Positions 1 to 12,689 of a DNA stretch of 64,000 nt are shown piece by piece. How positions within the stretch are numbered: the stretch's first letter is position 1; each line of letters begins with the position of its first letter. Made by a program: the position numbers and the translations under genes. The stretch comes from an uncultured Gemmatimonadales bacterium (GTDB lineage: Bacteria > Gemmatimonadota > Gemmatimonadetes > Longimicrobiales > Longimicrobiaceae), in contig OY970303.1 in NCBI GenBank assembly GCA_963716255.1, forward strand, positions 512,001 to 576,000, in the 5' to 3' direction. A model generated the notes under the pieces. The model was not told the origin of the DNA. It saw only the letters and a list, made by a program, of their open reading frames with translations, and ran no database searches.

Positions 1-44
1 ATTCTGGGGGAGGGCTTCCCGATCCTCGGTTCTCGTCGTCGTGC

Positions 45-162
45 CCCCCCTCTCCCCTTGTGGGAGAGGGGGCCGGGGGGTGAGGGGTAGACCGGCGGAT
101 GAAACTTGCCTCGCCGTGCCGATCTCCCCTCCCCCTTGCGGGGAGGGGCCGGGGGAGGGGGT
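45..162. repeat. Two copies of a GC-rich CCCCTC(T/C)CCC...GGGAG(A)GGGG palindromic repeat (REP/CIR-like)
   Basis: Hairpin followed by GGCCGGGGG(T/A)GAGGGG; related copies at ~1152-1188, ~57947-57990 and ~60350-60393. Confidence 0.7.
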
Positions 163-170
163 CGCCCGTC

Positions 171-1082
171 TCAGCCCCCGCCGCGCCCCCTCCCCTTCCC
201 CCTGCCCGGCTTGTTGTCCTTCTGCCCCCTGCCGCGGCCGTCGTCGCGCCCCCTCGCATCGTCCCGGCCGCGGGAGTCGTCGCGCCCCGCCGGCTCCTCC
301 CCCCTCACGCCGCCACCCGGGGCCGGCGCGGCGGCGGCCACCGCGGGCGGGGTCGCGTCCGGGCTCGCCGCTTCGCCACCCCCGGCTCCGCCCGATACCT
401 CGCCCGCCTCGCGGAGCGCCAGCGAGCGCGGCGCGACGATGCGGCCGGCGACCACGTAGGGTCCGTCGGTGCGCCCCTCCACCCGCACCGAGTCGCCCCG
501 CGCCAGTTCGCCGGCGGGCACCGGGTCGCCGTCCGGCGTCGTCGTTTCCGTGAGCGGCCCCACCACGACGCGCAGGTCGGGGAGCGATTCGTCGGCGGGG
601 CGCACCAGGAGCGCGTCCCCCGCGTCCGACGCCGCGAGCACCGTCCCGTCCGCCCGCACCTGCGCGGGGAGCGGGCGCGCGGCGTAGCGCAGCCCGTTCA
701 CCGTCACCGTCGCCGCGCCGTCCAGCCCGACCGACGCCGGAAAGGCGAGCCCGCCGTCCCCGTCCAGGCGGATGCCGCGAATCTCCAGCGACGCGCCTTC
801 CGGCAGCTCCCCCACCTCCATCCGCGCCACGGAATCGCCGCCACGCGCGAAGCGCAGCGTCGCCGGGCCGGGGCCCACGCCCGGCAGCACGAACGCGCCC
901 CGGAGCACCGGCACGCGCTCGGAGTCTCCCGCCACGCGGACGTACAGGGTGTCGCCGTCCGCGGAGAGCGGGTCCGCGCGCAGCGTGCCCCGCACCGTGG
1001 CGCCGCCCGCGCCGGGCGCGCCGCCGCCGCAGGCGGCGAGCAGCGCGAGCGCGGGGAGGTGGAGGAGGAGTCGGCGCGTCAT
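171..1082 (-). CDS. DUF5666-like lipoprotein
   Basis: ATG at 1082; lipobox LLAAC; DUF5666-like segment (TTTPDG...LARGDSVRVEG); low-complexity G/R/D tail. Confidence 0.55.
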   Translation of the reverse strand: MTRRLLLHLPALALLAACGGGAPGAGGATVRGTLRADPLSADGDTLYVRVAGDSERVPVLRGAFVLPGVGPGPATLRFARGGDSVARMEVGELPEGASLEIRGIRLDGDGGLAFPASVGLDGAATVTVNGLRYAARPLPAQVRADGTVLAASDAGDALLVRPADESLPDLRVVVGPLTETTTPDGDPVPAGELARGDSVRVEGRTDGPYVVAGRIVAPRSLALREAGEVSGGAGGGEAASPDATPPAVAAAAPAPGGGVRGEEPAGRDDSRGRDDARGRDDGRGRGQKDNKPGRGKGRGRGGG

Positions 1083-1243
1083 GGCGGCGAAGGGGGCAGG
1101 GATCGTGCCCGGGAGCCCCGCGAGGAGGGAGAAGGGAGAACTTCGACGGCGACTCCCTCCCCCGGCCCCTGCCCACAAGGGGGAGGGTGGCGAGCCTCAA
1201 GCGAGCCGGGCGGGGGCCCCAGCCGACGCCAGCGCGAGCCCCG

Positions 1244-1371
1244 CGTGAGGGATTTCGGCCCGAAGGGGCGAGACCCCGCGGCTGTTTGCGGGGGCTCGAC
1301 TCCGTTGCAAACGGTAGTATCGTTTGCTACGGAGCCGAAGCCCGACCCCGGCGCCAGCCGGGGACACGCCC
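1244..1371 (+). repeat. ~130 nt structured intergenic repeat / putative ncRNA, copy 1
   Basis: CGTGAGGGATTTCGGCCC...GCCGAAGCCCGACCCC...CACGCCC; near-identical to 60404-60530 and related to 57790-57920(-) and 62750-62877. Confidence 0.85.
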
Positions 1372-1395
1372 AACCCCGCAGCTCGTTCCGTACCC

Positions 1396-2121
1396 CTACT
1401 CCGGCGGAAGCGCCTCCAGCCGCTCCAGCATCTCCACCATGCGCCCCCGCACCCGCTCCATCAGCTGCTCGGAATTTTCCCCCGGGACCTCGCCAGGAGA
1501 AACCGGCGCCCCGAAGTGCACGTGGATGGTGCTGGGACGCACCCGCCAGTTGTCCGGCCGCATGATGTCGAAGCTCCCCACCACCACCGTGGGCACGATG
1601 GGCACCCCCGCCTCCACGGCCAGCGTGAACGCTCCCTTCTTGAACGGCTGGAGCCGCCCGGTGCGGGAGCGGGTCCCCTCGGGGAAGATGACCATGGCGC
1701 TGTTGCGGGCGCGGATCTCGGCCCCGGCGCGGCGCAGGCTCTCGATGGCCTTCTTGCGGTCGGAGCGGTCGATGGAGATGTGCCCCGCCGTCTTCCACGC
1801 CCGCCCGAAGAGCGGGATGGCCTCCAGCTCCTTCTTGGCGACGAAGTGGAAGGGGACGGGGATGACGCTGGCGATGGCGAAGATGTCGTACCACGAGACG
1901 TGGTTGGAGACCACCACCAGCGGGGTGCCGGGACGCACGTTCTCCGCCCCGTGCGCCACCACCGGCGAGGCGCTGGCGCGCAGGATGGCGCGCGCCCAGC
2001 CGCGGGTGAGCTCGATGTAGAACTCCACGCGCGACCGGAAGAGCGAGTCCACGATGGCGGTGCCGCCGTACCACACGGTGGCGGCGGTCATGGCCGCGAA
2101 CACCCACAGCGTGCGGATCAC
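1396..2121 (-). CDS. plsC: 1-acyl-sn-glycerol-3-phosphate acyltransferase
   Basis: NHVSWYD (HxxxxD) and FPEGTRS motifs; GTG start overlaps the thiL stop. Confidence 0.92.
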   Translation of the reverse strand: MIRTLWVFAAMTAATVWYGGTAIVDSLFRSRVEFYIELTRGWARAILRASASPVVAHGAENVRPGTPLVVVSNHVSWYDIFAIASVIPVPFHFVAKKELEAIPLFGRAWKTAGHISIDRSDRKKAIESLRRAGAEIRARNSAMVIFPEGTRSRTGRLQPFKKGAFTLAVEAGVPIVPTVVVGSFDIMRPDNWRVRPSTIHVHFGAPVSPGEVPGENSEQLMERVRGRMVEMLERLEALPPE

Positions 2122-3119
2122 GCGTCCTCCGAGAAGTGCTGGTACGCGTCGATCCCCAGCGCGGTGCGGCTCCCCTGCGCGTCCACCCACCACACGCCGT
2201 CGCCGCCGCCCACCCGCCCCACGCAGGTGAGGGGCACCCCCAGCTCCCGCTCGAAGTCGATGGTGTGCCCCAGCACCGCGCCCACCGGCGCGGTGAAGCA
2301 CAGCTCGTAGTCCTCGCCGCCGCCCACGGCCATGCGCAGCGCCGCCCCGTCGTCGGCCACCGCCAGGCGCACGGCGGGATGCACGGGAATCATCTCCGCG
2401 GAAAGGAGGATGGCCGCCCCGCTCGCTGCGGACAGGTGCGCGGCGTCGCCCGCCAGCCCGTCCGACAGGTCCACCAGCGAGTGCAGCAGCCCCCGCTCGG
2501 CGAGCCAGCGCGCCTCCCTGACCCGCGGCGCCGGCCGGGCGAAGCGCTCCCGCGCCCCCGGCGGCGGCTCCTCGCCGCGAAGCAGGCACGCCACCGCCGC
2601 CGCCGCCGCGCCCAGCTCCCCGGTCACCCACACGTCGTCGCCGTGCTGGGCGCCGGAGCGCAGCACGGGCCTGGCCGCCTCGCCCACCACCGTCACGTCC
2701 ACGGCGAGCGGCCCCGGCGAGCGAGTGACGTCGCCGCCCAGCACCGCGGCGCCCACGAGCTCCGCCGCCTCGCGCACCCCCTTCATCAGCTCCACCGCGG
2801 CGTCGCCGGCGTCCATGGGCGGGAGCGCCAGCGACACCAGCACGCCGATGGGACGGGCCGCCACCGCCGCCAGGTCGCTGAGCGCCGCCGCGGCCGCCCG
2901 GTAGCCGATCTCCCGCATGCTCAGCCAGTCGCGGCGAAAGTGCACGCCCTCCATGCTCATGTCGGTGGACAGGGCGATGCCGTGCCCCGACACCACCGCG
3001 CAGTCGTCGCCCACGCCCACGGGCACGTCGGCGCGCCGCGGCTCCGCCCGGGGAACGAAGCGCCGGATCAGGTCGAACTCGGCCCCGGGAGCGAGGGGGA
3101 GGGTGCGGGTGTCTGTCAC
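2118..3119 (-). CDS. thiL: thiamine-monophosphate kinase
   Basis: EFDLI, GDDCAV, LSDLAA, GGDV, DLSDGL and GGEDYEL motifs; GTG start at 3119 chosen. Confidence 0.93.
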   Translation of the reverse strand: MTDTRTLPLAPGAEFDLIRRFVPRAEPRRADVPVGVGDDCAVVSGHGIALSTDMSMEGVHFRRDWLSMREIGYRAAAAALSDLAAVAARPIGVLVSLALPPMDAGDAAVELMKGVREAAELVGAAVLGGDVTRSPGPLAVDVTVVGEAARPVLRSGAQHGDDVWVTGELGAAAAAVACLLRGEEPPPGARERFARPAPRVREARWLAERGLLHSLVDLSDGLAGDAAHLSAASGAAILLSAEMIPVHPAVRLAVADDGAALRMAVGGGEDYELCFTAPVGAVLGHTIDFERELGVPLTCVGRVGGGDGVWWVDAQGSRTALGIDAYQHFSEDA

Positions 3120-3249
3120 GGGGAGCGGGGGTGGGTGGGTGCCGGGGCGCGCAGAACGGCGGGTCCTCGATAATACGCGATGGATGCTGGGGATGCGAGG
3201 GGACCACGGGGGCGACAAAATTCTTGCCCGAATGTTCGCGCCGGAGTAC

Positions 3250-3270
3250 TGTACTAGTGTAGCTGGTACA
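3250..3270 (+). promoter_or_regulatory. YtrA-type GntR operator palindrome
   Basis: TGTACTAG-TGTAG-CTGGTACA inverted repeat ~20 nt upstream of the GntR start. Confidence 0.7.
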
Positions 3271-3290
3271 CCAGGGCAGATGACCCACTC

Positions 3291-3683
3291 ATGCTGATCC
3301 GGCTCGACCCGGCCGACGCGCGGCCCATCTACCAGCAGATCGTGGACGAGGTCCGGCGTGCCGTCGTCCTGGGGATGCTCGCGCCGGAGGATCCCCTCCC
3401 CTCGGTGCGCGCCCTCGCCTCGGAACTGCGGGTGAACCCCAACACCGTCCAGCAGGCGTACCGCGAGCTGGAGCGGGTGGAGGTCGCCTACTCGCGGCGT
3501 GGGCAGGGGACCTTCGTGGCCCGCACCGACGCCCCCGCCGAGCGCGAGTCGCTGGCCCGCGACGTGGCCGAGCGCGCCCTGCGCGACGCGCGGCGCTACG
3601 GGATCGAGCCGGACGAGCTGCTCGCCGCCATCGCGCGCGCCGCAGAGCTGGAAGCCCTTTCTCCCGACCGGAGCCATCCGTGA
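3291..3683 (+). CDS. GntR family (YtrA subfamily) transcriptional regulator
   Basis: PIYQQI, LPSVRALA, VNPNTV, GQGTFV; short C-terminus; precedes an ABC ATPase. Confidence 0.92.
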   Translation: MLIRLDPADARPIYQQIVDEVRRAVVLGMLAPEDPLPSVRALASELRVNPNTVQQAYRELERVEVAYSRRGQGTFVARTDAPAERESLARDVAERALRDARRYGIEPDELLAAIARAAELEALSPDRSHP

Positions 3684-4615
3684 GCGCTCCCTTCCTTCCA
3701 ATCCGCCTGGCCGACGTCGACCTGGCCCTGGAGACCCGAGGCGTCGAGAAGCGCTACGGTCCGGACGCGCCGGCGCTGACAGGGCTGGACCTGGAGGTCC
3801 CCGAGGGAGCGGTGTACGTGCTCGCCGGCCCCAACGGCGCCGGCAAGAGCACGGCCATCAAGGTCCTGCTGGACCTGGTGCGCGCCGACCGGGGCACGGC
3901 GCGGGTGCTGGGGATCGAAACCACGCGGCACCCCGCGCTGGTGCGCGCGCAGATCGGCTACGTCCCCGAGTCGGCGGAGACGGCATACGGCTGGCTCACG
4001 GTGGAGAAGTTTCTCCGCCACCGCGCCGCCTTCTTCGAGGCCTGGGACTGGGGCTACACGGAGCGGCTCTGCCGGCGCATGGGCGTCCCTCTCCGAGTGA
4101 AGATGCGCGGACTCTCCAAGGGCGTTTCGCGGAGCGTGGTGCTGGTGACGGCGCTGGCGCACCGCCCGCCCGTGCTCCTGCTGGACGAGCCCACGGACGG
4201 GCTGGATCCCCTGGCGCGCGAGGAACTGTCCGCACTGCTGGTGGAGCACATGACGGCCTCGCCCACCACGCTCCTCTGGTCCACGCACCACGTTCACGAG
4301 GTGGACCGCATGGCCGACTACGTGGGCGTGCTGCGGGAGGGGAAGCTCCTCCTCCAGGCCCCCCGCGACGAGCTGCGTCTGCGCCTGCGGCGCTACCAGG
4401 CGCAGGTGCCGGAGGGATGGGCGGGCGCCCCGGGCCTCAACGGCGAGGTGCTGCTGCGGGAGGCGACGCACGGCGAGATCGCCTGGACGGTGTGGGGCGA
4501 GGAGGACCGGGTGGCCGGGATGCTGGCCGCAGCGGGCGCCACGGTGCGCGAGGCGGCGCCGCTCTCGCTGGAGGACGCCACGCTGGCGCTGCTGCGCGCC
4601 GGGAGGAGGGCGTGA
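3680..4615 (+). CDS. ABC transporter ATP-binding protein
   Basis: Walker A GPNGAGKST, signature LSKG, Walker B LLLDEP, H-loop STHH. Confidence 0.93.
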   Translation: MSAPFLPIRLADVDLALETRGVEKRYGPDAPALTGLDLEVPEGAVYVLAGPNGAGKSTAIKVLLDLVRADRGTARVLGIETTRHPALVRAQIGYVPESAETAYGWLTVEKFLRHRAAFFEAWDWGYTERLCRRMGVPLRVKMRGLSKGVSRSVVLVTALAHRPPVLLLDEPTDGLDPLAREELSALLVEHMTASPTTLLWSTHHVHEVDRMADYVGVLREGKLLLQAPRDELRLRLRRYQAQVPEGWAGAPGLNGEVLLREATHGEIAWTVWGEEDRVAGMLAAAGATVREAAPLSLEDATLALLRAGRRA

Positions 4616-6183
4616 CCGCGGCCACGCTGCGGCAGCCCACGCGCACGGCCGTCGTCGCGCGCCACTACCTTGCTCTCCTCGGGCGGGAGACGGCGCTGTT
4701 GGGAGTCTGCCTGGCGGTGGCGATCTCCACCTCGACGACCGTGTTCACGATCGACGAGATGTTCAGCGATGCGGCGGCGTTCCTGACGTTCATGGCGTTC
4801 CTCCCGACGATTCAGTGGCGCGGCGGCAGGGGCGAGCTCGAGGCCGCGCTCCCCCTGGGCGGCGTCCGCCACGACCTGGTCCGCGTAGCGTGCGGGCTGG
4901 CGTGGGCCTCCGTCGCCCTGGTCCTGCCGGTAGCGCACTGGAGCCTGGGAGCGTGGCTGAGCTCGTATCCCTGGTGGTACCCGCTCTCTCTGCTCGCAGC
5001 GGGGCTCGCGTTCTACCTGCTCGGGTCGGCGGTATGGCTGCGCACCGCCCGTCCCGGACGGATCCTGCTTGCCCCGGTCTTCATCCTTGGGCTCACCCTC
5101 CATCGCGGCTCATTCCCGTGGACGGTGGCGTACGCGTCGCGGGAGGAGCTGCACGGCATGGAGACGGGGCAGTGGATCGCCGCGGCCGTCACGTGGCTAT
5201 GCGTCGGGTGGGCGGCCATCGTGCTGGCGGCGGTCGCCGGCCGCCCGACCCACCGCGGGGACCGGGGTGCGGCAGGAAAAGGCCGGACCGACGGGGGAAG
5301 TGAGAGGCGCCGCGCGATGCGACGCAGGGCGCGTGCGGTCACAGGGCTCCTGCCCCATCCCGCGTCCGCGTTCACGGTGCTGCGCGCGCAGGCGGCCCTG
5401 ATGGAGCACCGCGCCACGGGCTGGCCCGCCGCCGTAGCACTCGCCCTCATCTGGCCGCGCGTGCAATGGGAGCTCTGGCCTCCCGACTGGGCTCACGAGC
5501 CTCTCTTCTTCCGCGAACCCTTGTACTTCGTGGTACTGACCCTCTTTTCCTTCCTCTGGCCGCTCGTGGTCTGGATGGACGACCACGGGCCGGGGCGCGA
5601 GCACGAGGAGGCCCTCCCGGCGAGCGTCCTCACGCGGCGTCTCGCCCGGGTGACCGCGGGAGCCGTCGTGCTGCTGGCACTGTGCCTCGTCGTGGTGGCG
5701 GGGCCCGTGGCGGGTGCCTGGATCGGAGGGACGATTCCCTCGCCCGCCGCCGTCCCCGCGAAGTTCTGGGTCGAAATCCCTGCCGCAGTGCTGATGTTGT
5801 ACCTCGCGGGATCCATCCCCCTCCTTCTGGCCCCGGACCGCTCCCCCCGGCGCGCCCTGGTCTGGTACCTGGCCACGCCGCTCCTGGTGCTTCCCTACTA
5901 CCTGGGACCCGGTGTGGGCGACGCCCGGTTCTCGCCTACGGCGGTGTTCTCGGTGTTCACGACCCACCCGGTGCCCTGGGTGGACGCGGCACTGCTCTGG
6001 CTCGCCGTGCTCGCCGCCGCCACGGTTGCCGCCGCCGCCCTGGGCGCCCGGAGGGACCGTGGCGGGCCGTGGCTGCCGGCGGGGCTTCGCGCTCCGCGCC
6101 GGATCGCGCCGGGCCCGGAAGCGGCCCGGCCCGCCCGGCGGATTGGAAGCGGCCACACCGCCAGATCCATTTCGCAGCTCTGA
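4612..6183 (+). CDS. ABC transporter permease with two duplicated membrane halves
   Basis: GTGA overlap with the ATPase stop; many hydrophobic segments; internal repeat ALP...RV and YL(L/A)GS. Confidence 0.7.
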   Translation: MTAATLRQPTRTAVVARHYLALLGRETALLGVCLAVAISTSTTVFTIDEMFSDAAAFLTFMAFLPTIQWRGGRGELEAALPLGGVRHDLVRVACGLAWASVALVLPVAHWSLGAWLSSYPWWYPLSLLAAGLAFYLLGSAVWLRTARPGRILLAPVFILGLTLHRGSFPWTVAYASREELHGMETGQWIAAAVTWLCVGWAAIVLAAVAGRPTHRGDRGAAGKGRTDGGSERRRAMRRRARAVTGLLPHPASAFTVLRAQAALMEHRATGWPAAVALALIWPRVQWELWPPDWAHEPLFFREPLYFVVLTLFSFLWPLVVWMDDHGPGREHEEALPASVLTRRLARVTAGAVVLLALCLVVVAGPVAGAWIGGTIPSPAAVPAKFWVEIPAAVLMLYLAGSIPLLLAPDRSPRRALVWYLATPLLVLPYYLGPGVGDARFSPTAVFSVFTTHPVPWVDAALLWLAVLAAATVAAAALGARRDRGGPWLPAGLRAPRRIAPGPEAARPARRIGSGHTARSISQL

Positions 6184-6358
6184 AGCCCGCGTCCCGGTGC
6201 CGGATCCGGTTGCATCGCACACACACACACACGGACGGCGGGGGGAGGCTCCCCCGCCGGCGCGACTCCCCCGCTTAACGCCATCCAGCGGAGCCTCCCG
6301 CGACCATCCCCCTCCACCCCCCGTGCACCGGATCCGGCATCAGGCGAGCGGACGCAAG

Positions 6359-6391
6359 GAGACCCGCCGGGGCAGCTCCCCGGCGGGTCTC
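6359..6391. terminator. 14-bp hairpin between convergent permease and acnA
   Basis: GAGACCCGCCGGGG-cagct-CCCCGGCGGGTCTC. Confidence 0.65.
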
Positions 6392-6422
6392 TTCGCGATC
6401 CGACCAGACCCTCGGGCCAGGC

Positions 6423-9359
<2,937 letters not shown>

Positions 9360-9696
9360 CGGTCTCCTGTTCGTTCTCGGTCAGGCGGCCCCTCCGTACG
9401 CGGGTCCGCAGCTGGAAAACCGCTGCAAGCACGGGTCCAGCCGGTTCCGCGGGGGCGCGTCGCGAATCTACCAAGCTCCCCACCGCTCCGCCAGCACGGT
9501 GCCGGGCGCGGATCGGGCGCCGCGCGGGGATCGTCGGGGCATCCGGGCCAGCCGGTGCCCGAACGGACCGCGGCCCCGCTCTCCGGGCGGAGAGAGCGGG
9601 GCCGCGCGCCGTCGACGGTCCATGAACGATTCGGCCAGGCATCGAAATCGGCCCTTTTCCGGTTCGGTGGCACCAGCATCGTATCGCGCCTTCAGT

Positions 9697-10173
9697 TCAT
9701 CCCCCGTCGCGGCGCTTGGACCCACGCTTGGTGCCGGCGCGCCCCCGGTCCCGGATGCCTTTCGAGGTGGGCGGTCCGTCGACGTCCCGGCGGAAGGTGT
9801 GGCGTCGGCCGGCCGTGACGCAGTCGGCCTCCATCCGCGCCCAGGTGACGACCTCGCGGCCGCTCGCGGAGTCCTTTTTCACCTCCAGCTCCACCACGCG
9901 CTCCGCGGTGAGGAACGGGTGTGGGCCGCACGACACGTACGGCGCCCCGTTGATCTCTTCGACCTGGGCCCGGTAGGGGGTTTCCGCGGGGTCGGCCGCG
10001 TAGCCGACCAGCTCGCCCACCGTCGATGTCGACTGGGCATGCAGCAGCGTCACCACGTCGGCCACCCTGTCGACCGGCCAGTCCTCCGGCAGGACCGCCA
10101 CCACCTTGTCGACCATGGCCGCGGCGTCGTCCGCCCACTCCCAGGTCACCAGCCACGCACGGATTCCGCTCAC
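9697..10173 (-). CDS. hypothetical protein
   Basis: Protein-like composition from GTG 10173 (SGIRAWLVTWEW...), GGAGG upstream; start uncertain. Confidence 0.5.
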   Translation of the reverse strand: MSGIRAWLVTWEWADDAAAMVDKVVAVLPEDWPVDRVADVVTLLHAQSTSTVGELVGYAADPAETPYRAQVEEINGAPYVSCGPHPFLTAERVVELEVKKDSASGREVVTWARMEADCVTAGRRHTFRRDVDGPPTSKGIRDRGRAGTKRGSKRRDGG

Positions 10174-10496
10174 CCTCCACCCCCGTCGCCGCCCACTCCA
10201 TGGCTCCCGGAGCCTGCGCCCCCACCGGAGCGTCCCCCGCGGCTGAAAAGGTTCATTTACGGTTGGCCCTCGCAGGTAGGCTCGGACGTGCACCGGCGGC
10301 CCGGCTGGCGCATTCTCGTCCCCATGTTGCGGCTCGTCGTGGGGGCGTGTCAAGAAACCAGGGCAGAACGCCGGCAGCGTGTGGCGGCGAAGTCGAGACC
10401 CAGGGCACCGCCCGATGCGGATCGCAGCCCGCGCCGTTATCGTTAACGGTCTTCATCCACAACCAGCGCACAACCCCTGCATAGGGCGAGATTCCG

Positions 10497-10862
10497 ATGA
10501 GCCGGGAAGTCATCCTGATCGGCGACAAGGTGCTGATCAAGCCGGAAGAGAACGAGAAGACGCCCTCGGGGCTATACCTGCCGCAGAGCGTGGCCGAAAA
10601 GGAAAAGGTGGGCGGCGGCTACGTGGTGAACGTGGGCCCCGGCTACCCCACCTCCGAGCCCGCCGGCGACGGCACCGAGCCGTGGTCGCGCACCGCCTCC
10701 AAGACCGAGGTGCGCTACGTGCCGCTCCAGGCCGGCAAAAGCGACTACGCCATCTACCTGCGGCGCGAGGCCGTGGAGGTGGAGATCGACGGCAGCAAGT
10801 ACCTGATCGTTCCCCACGCGGCGATTCTCCTGTTGATCCGGGACCGCATCCCGCTGCCTTAG
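10497..10862 (+). CDS. co-chaperonin GroES family protein (orphan)
   Basis: GDKVLIKP, TPSGLYLP, VVNVGPG, EIDGSKYLIV; no groEL adjacent. Confidence 0.85.
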   Translation: MSREVILIGDKVLIKPEENEKTPSGLYLPQSVAEKEKVGGGYVVNVGPGYPTSEPAGDGTEPWSRTASKTEVRYVPLQAGKSDYAIYLRREAVEVEIDGSKYLIVPHAAILLLIRDRIPLP

Positions 10863-11145
10863 CATCGTGGCGTGGGGCCGCTCCGGAGCCGGACGATACG
10901 GCCGTCCGTCTCCTGCGCGGGTCGCGGAGCCACCGGGAACTGCCCCGGTGTCTCCGCTCCAGCTCCGTGAGCCTCGCGCAAACAGCCGCGCGAGTCTCCC
11001 TCCGCAACGGATTCGTGGGGTACTGCGGAACGACGAACAGCGCCCCCGCCCGGATCTCCCGGCGGCGGGGGCGCTGTTCCGTATTGCGTACTGCTGTCGC
11101 CGTTGCAGGCTATTCCCTGTGCCGCTGCACGCTACGCGTGCACCG

Positions 11146-11544
11146 TTACAACCCTGTTCCCTGTTCCCTGTCCGTCCCCCCGTCCAGCAGCCTGCGCACC
11201 TCCTCCACCACCCGCCTCGGCTCCACCGGCTTCGCCAGGTAGCTGTCGAAGCCCTCGGCGATCGCGCGGGCGCGGTCCTGCTGCAGGGCGTGGGCGGTCA
11301 GCGCCACGATGGGGATGCCGGCGATGTCGGGGTTCTCGCGGATCTGCCGCGCGGCCTCCCAGCCATCCAGCAGTGGCATCGAGATGTCCAGGAGGATCAG
11401 GTCGGGGCGCTCCTCCGCGGCCAGCCGCACCGCGGCCTCCCCGTCCTGCGCCTCCACCACCGTGTAGCCCGAGTGCTCCAGGATCGTGCGGTAGATGGTC
11501 CGGTTGTCCTCGTTGTCCTCCGCCAGCAGAATCCTCTGCGTCAC
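11146..11544 (-). CDS. single-domain response regulator (DivK/CheY-like)
   Basis: LAEDN, LLDISMP (phospho-Asp), ALTA, KP. Confidence 0.9.
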   Translation of the reverse strand: MTQRILLAEDNEDNRTIYRTILEHSGYTVVEAQDGEAAVRLAAEERPDLILLDISMPLLDGWEAARQIRENPDIAGIPIVALTAHALQQDRARAIAEGFDSYLAKPVEPRRVVEEVRRLLDGGTDREQGTGL

Positions 11545-11638
11545 TCCGCACCTCGCTCTCGTTGGTACTCGCTCCCCGTCGGGTCCGTCCCCGGGAGCGG
11601 CGGGGAAACATCCGCACGACGTGTGCCCCGCGCGCGCG

Positions 11639-12574
11639 TCAGGCGCACGCCTCGCAGCGGGCGCGGAACTCCGGGGTCTCCATCTGGATGGTCATGTGGT
11701 GAAGGCCGAAGCGCTCGTGCAGCAGGCCGTGCAGGTCGGCGAGCACCTCGCTGCTGCCGCGGCGCGCCAGGTCGCCGCCCACCACCACGTGGCCGCTCAT
11801 GGCCTCCATCCCGCTGGTGATGGTCCACACGTGCAGGTCGTGCACCTCCTCCACCCCCTCCACCTCCGCCATGGCCGCGCGCACCTCGGCCACGTCGATG
11901 TGCGGCGGCGTCCCCTCCAGCAGTACGCCCACGCTCTCGCGCACCAGGTGCCACGCCGACCAGATCACCAGCAGCCCGATGAGCACCGACACCAGCGGGT
12001 CCGCCCAGTACCACCCGAACGCCCACACCGCCGCGCCCCCCAGGATGGCGCCCACGCTCCCCAGGGCGTCGGTGAGCAGGTGGAGCCAGGCGCCGCGAAC
12101 GTTGAGGCTCTCGTCCTTGCCGCCGTGCAGCATCAGCAGCCCGGCCACGTTCACCAGCAGCCCGCCCACCGCGATCACCATCACCAGCCCGCCCGACACC
12201 GGCTGCGGCTCGGACAGGCGGTGGAACGCCTCCACGAAGATCAGCAGCGAGATGGCGATCAGCGTGGCGCCGTTCGCCAGCGCCGCGAGGATCTCGGTGC
12301 GGTAGTAGCCGTAGGTGCGCTGCGGCGTGGCCGGACGCTGCGCGATCCAGATGGCGAAGAGCGAGAGCGCCAGCGCCGCCACGTCCGACAGCATGTGCCC
12401 CGCGTCGGCGAGCAGCGCCAGCGAGTTCGCCATCCAGCCGCCCACCGCTTCCGCCACCAGGTAGGCGGCGGCCAGCCCCAGCGTGATCGCCAGGCGGCGG
12501 CGGTTGCGCGCGCCGGCGGTGCCGTGCCCGTGGTGGTGGTGCCCGTGACCGTGGTGGTGCTGTCCGGCTCCCAT
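11639..12574 (-). CDS. cation diffusion facilitator (CzcD/ZitB-like) transporter
   Basis: His-rich N-terminus, ADAGHMLSD, HLLTD, HDLHVW, HMTIQ. Confidence 0.93.
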   Translation of the reverse strand: MGAGQHHHGHGHHHHGHGTAGARNRRRLAITLGLAAAYLVAEAVGGWMANSLALLADAGHMLSDVAALALSLFAIWIAQRPATPQRTYGYYRTEILAALANGATLIAISLLIFVEAFHRLSEPQPVSGGLVMVIAVGGLLVNVAGLLMLHGGKDESLNVRGAWLHLLTDALGSVGAILGGAAVWAFGWYWADPLVSVLIGLLVIWSAWHLVRESVGVLLEGTPPHIDVAEVRAAMAEVEGVEEVHDLHVWTITSGMEAMSGHVVVGGDLARRGSSEVLADLHGLLHERFGLHHMTIQMETPEFRARCEACA

Positions 12575-12603
12575 TGCTCTCTCGTGCGCTTCGTCCAGTA
12601 CCG

Positions 12604-12654
12604 AAAAAAAGGACGCCCCCGCCCCCGGGCGCGGGGCTCGGACGGGCGGGGGCG
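12604..12654 (-). terminator. Rho-independent terminator after lgt
   Basis: CGCCCCCGCCC/GGGCGGGGGCG stem followed by a T7 run on the minus strand. Confidence 0.65.
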
Positions 12655-12689
12655 CTGCCGCGGCGGCGCCGCGAAGGTGCGGGGGCTCC

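Noticed and set aside
11152..11172. CCCTGTT heptamer repeats (reverse complement also at 60226-60244)
   Set aside because: Only 2-3 units at gene ends; too short to support a function
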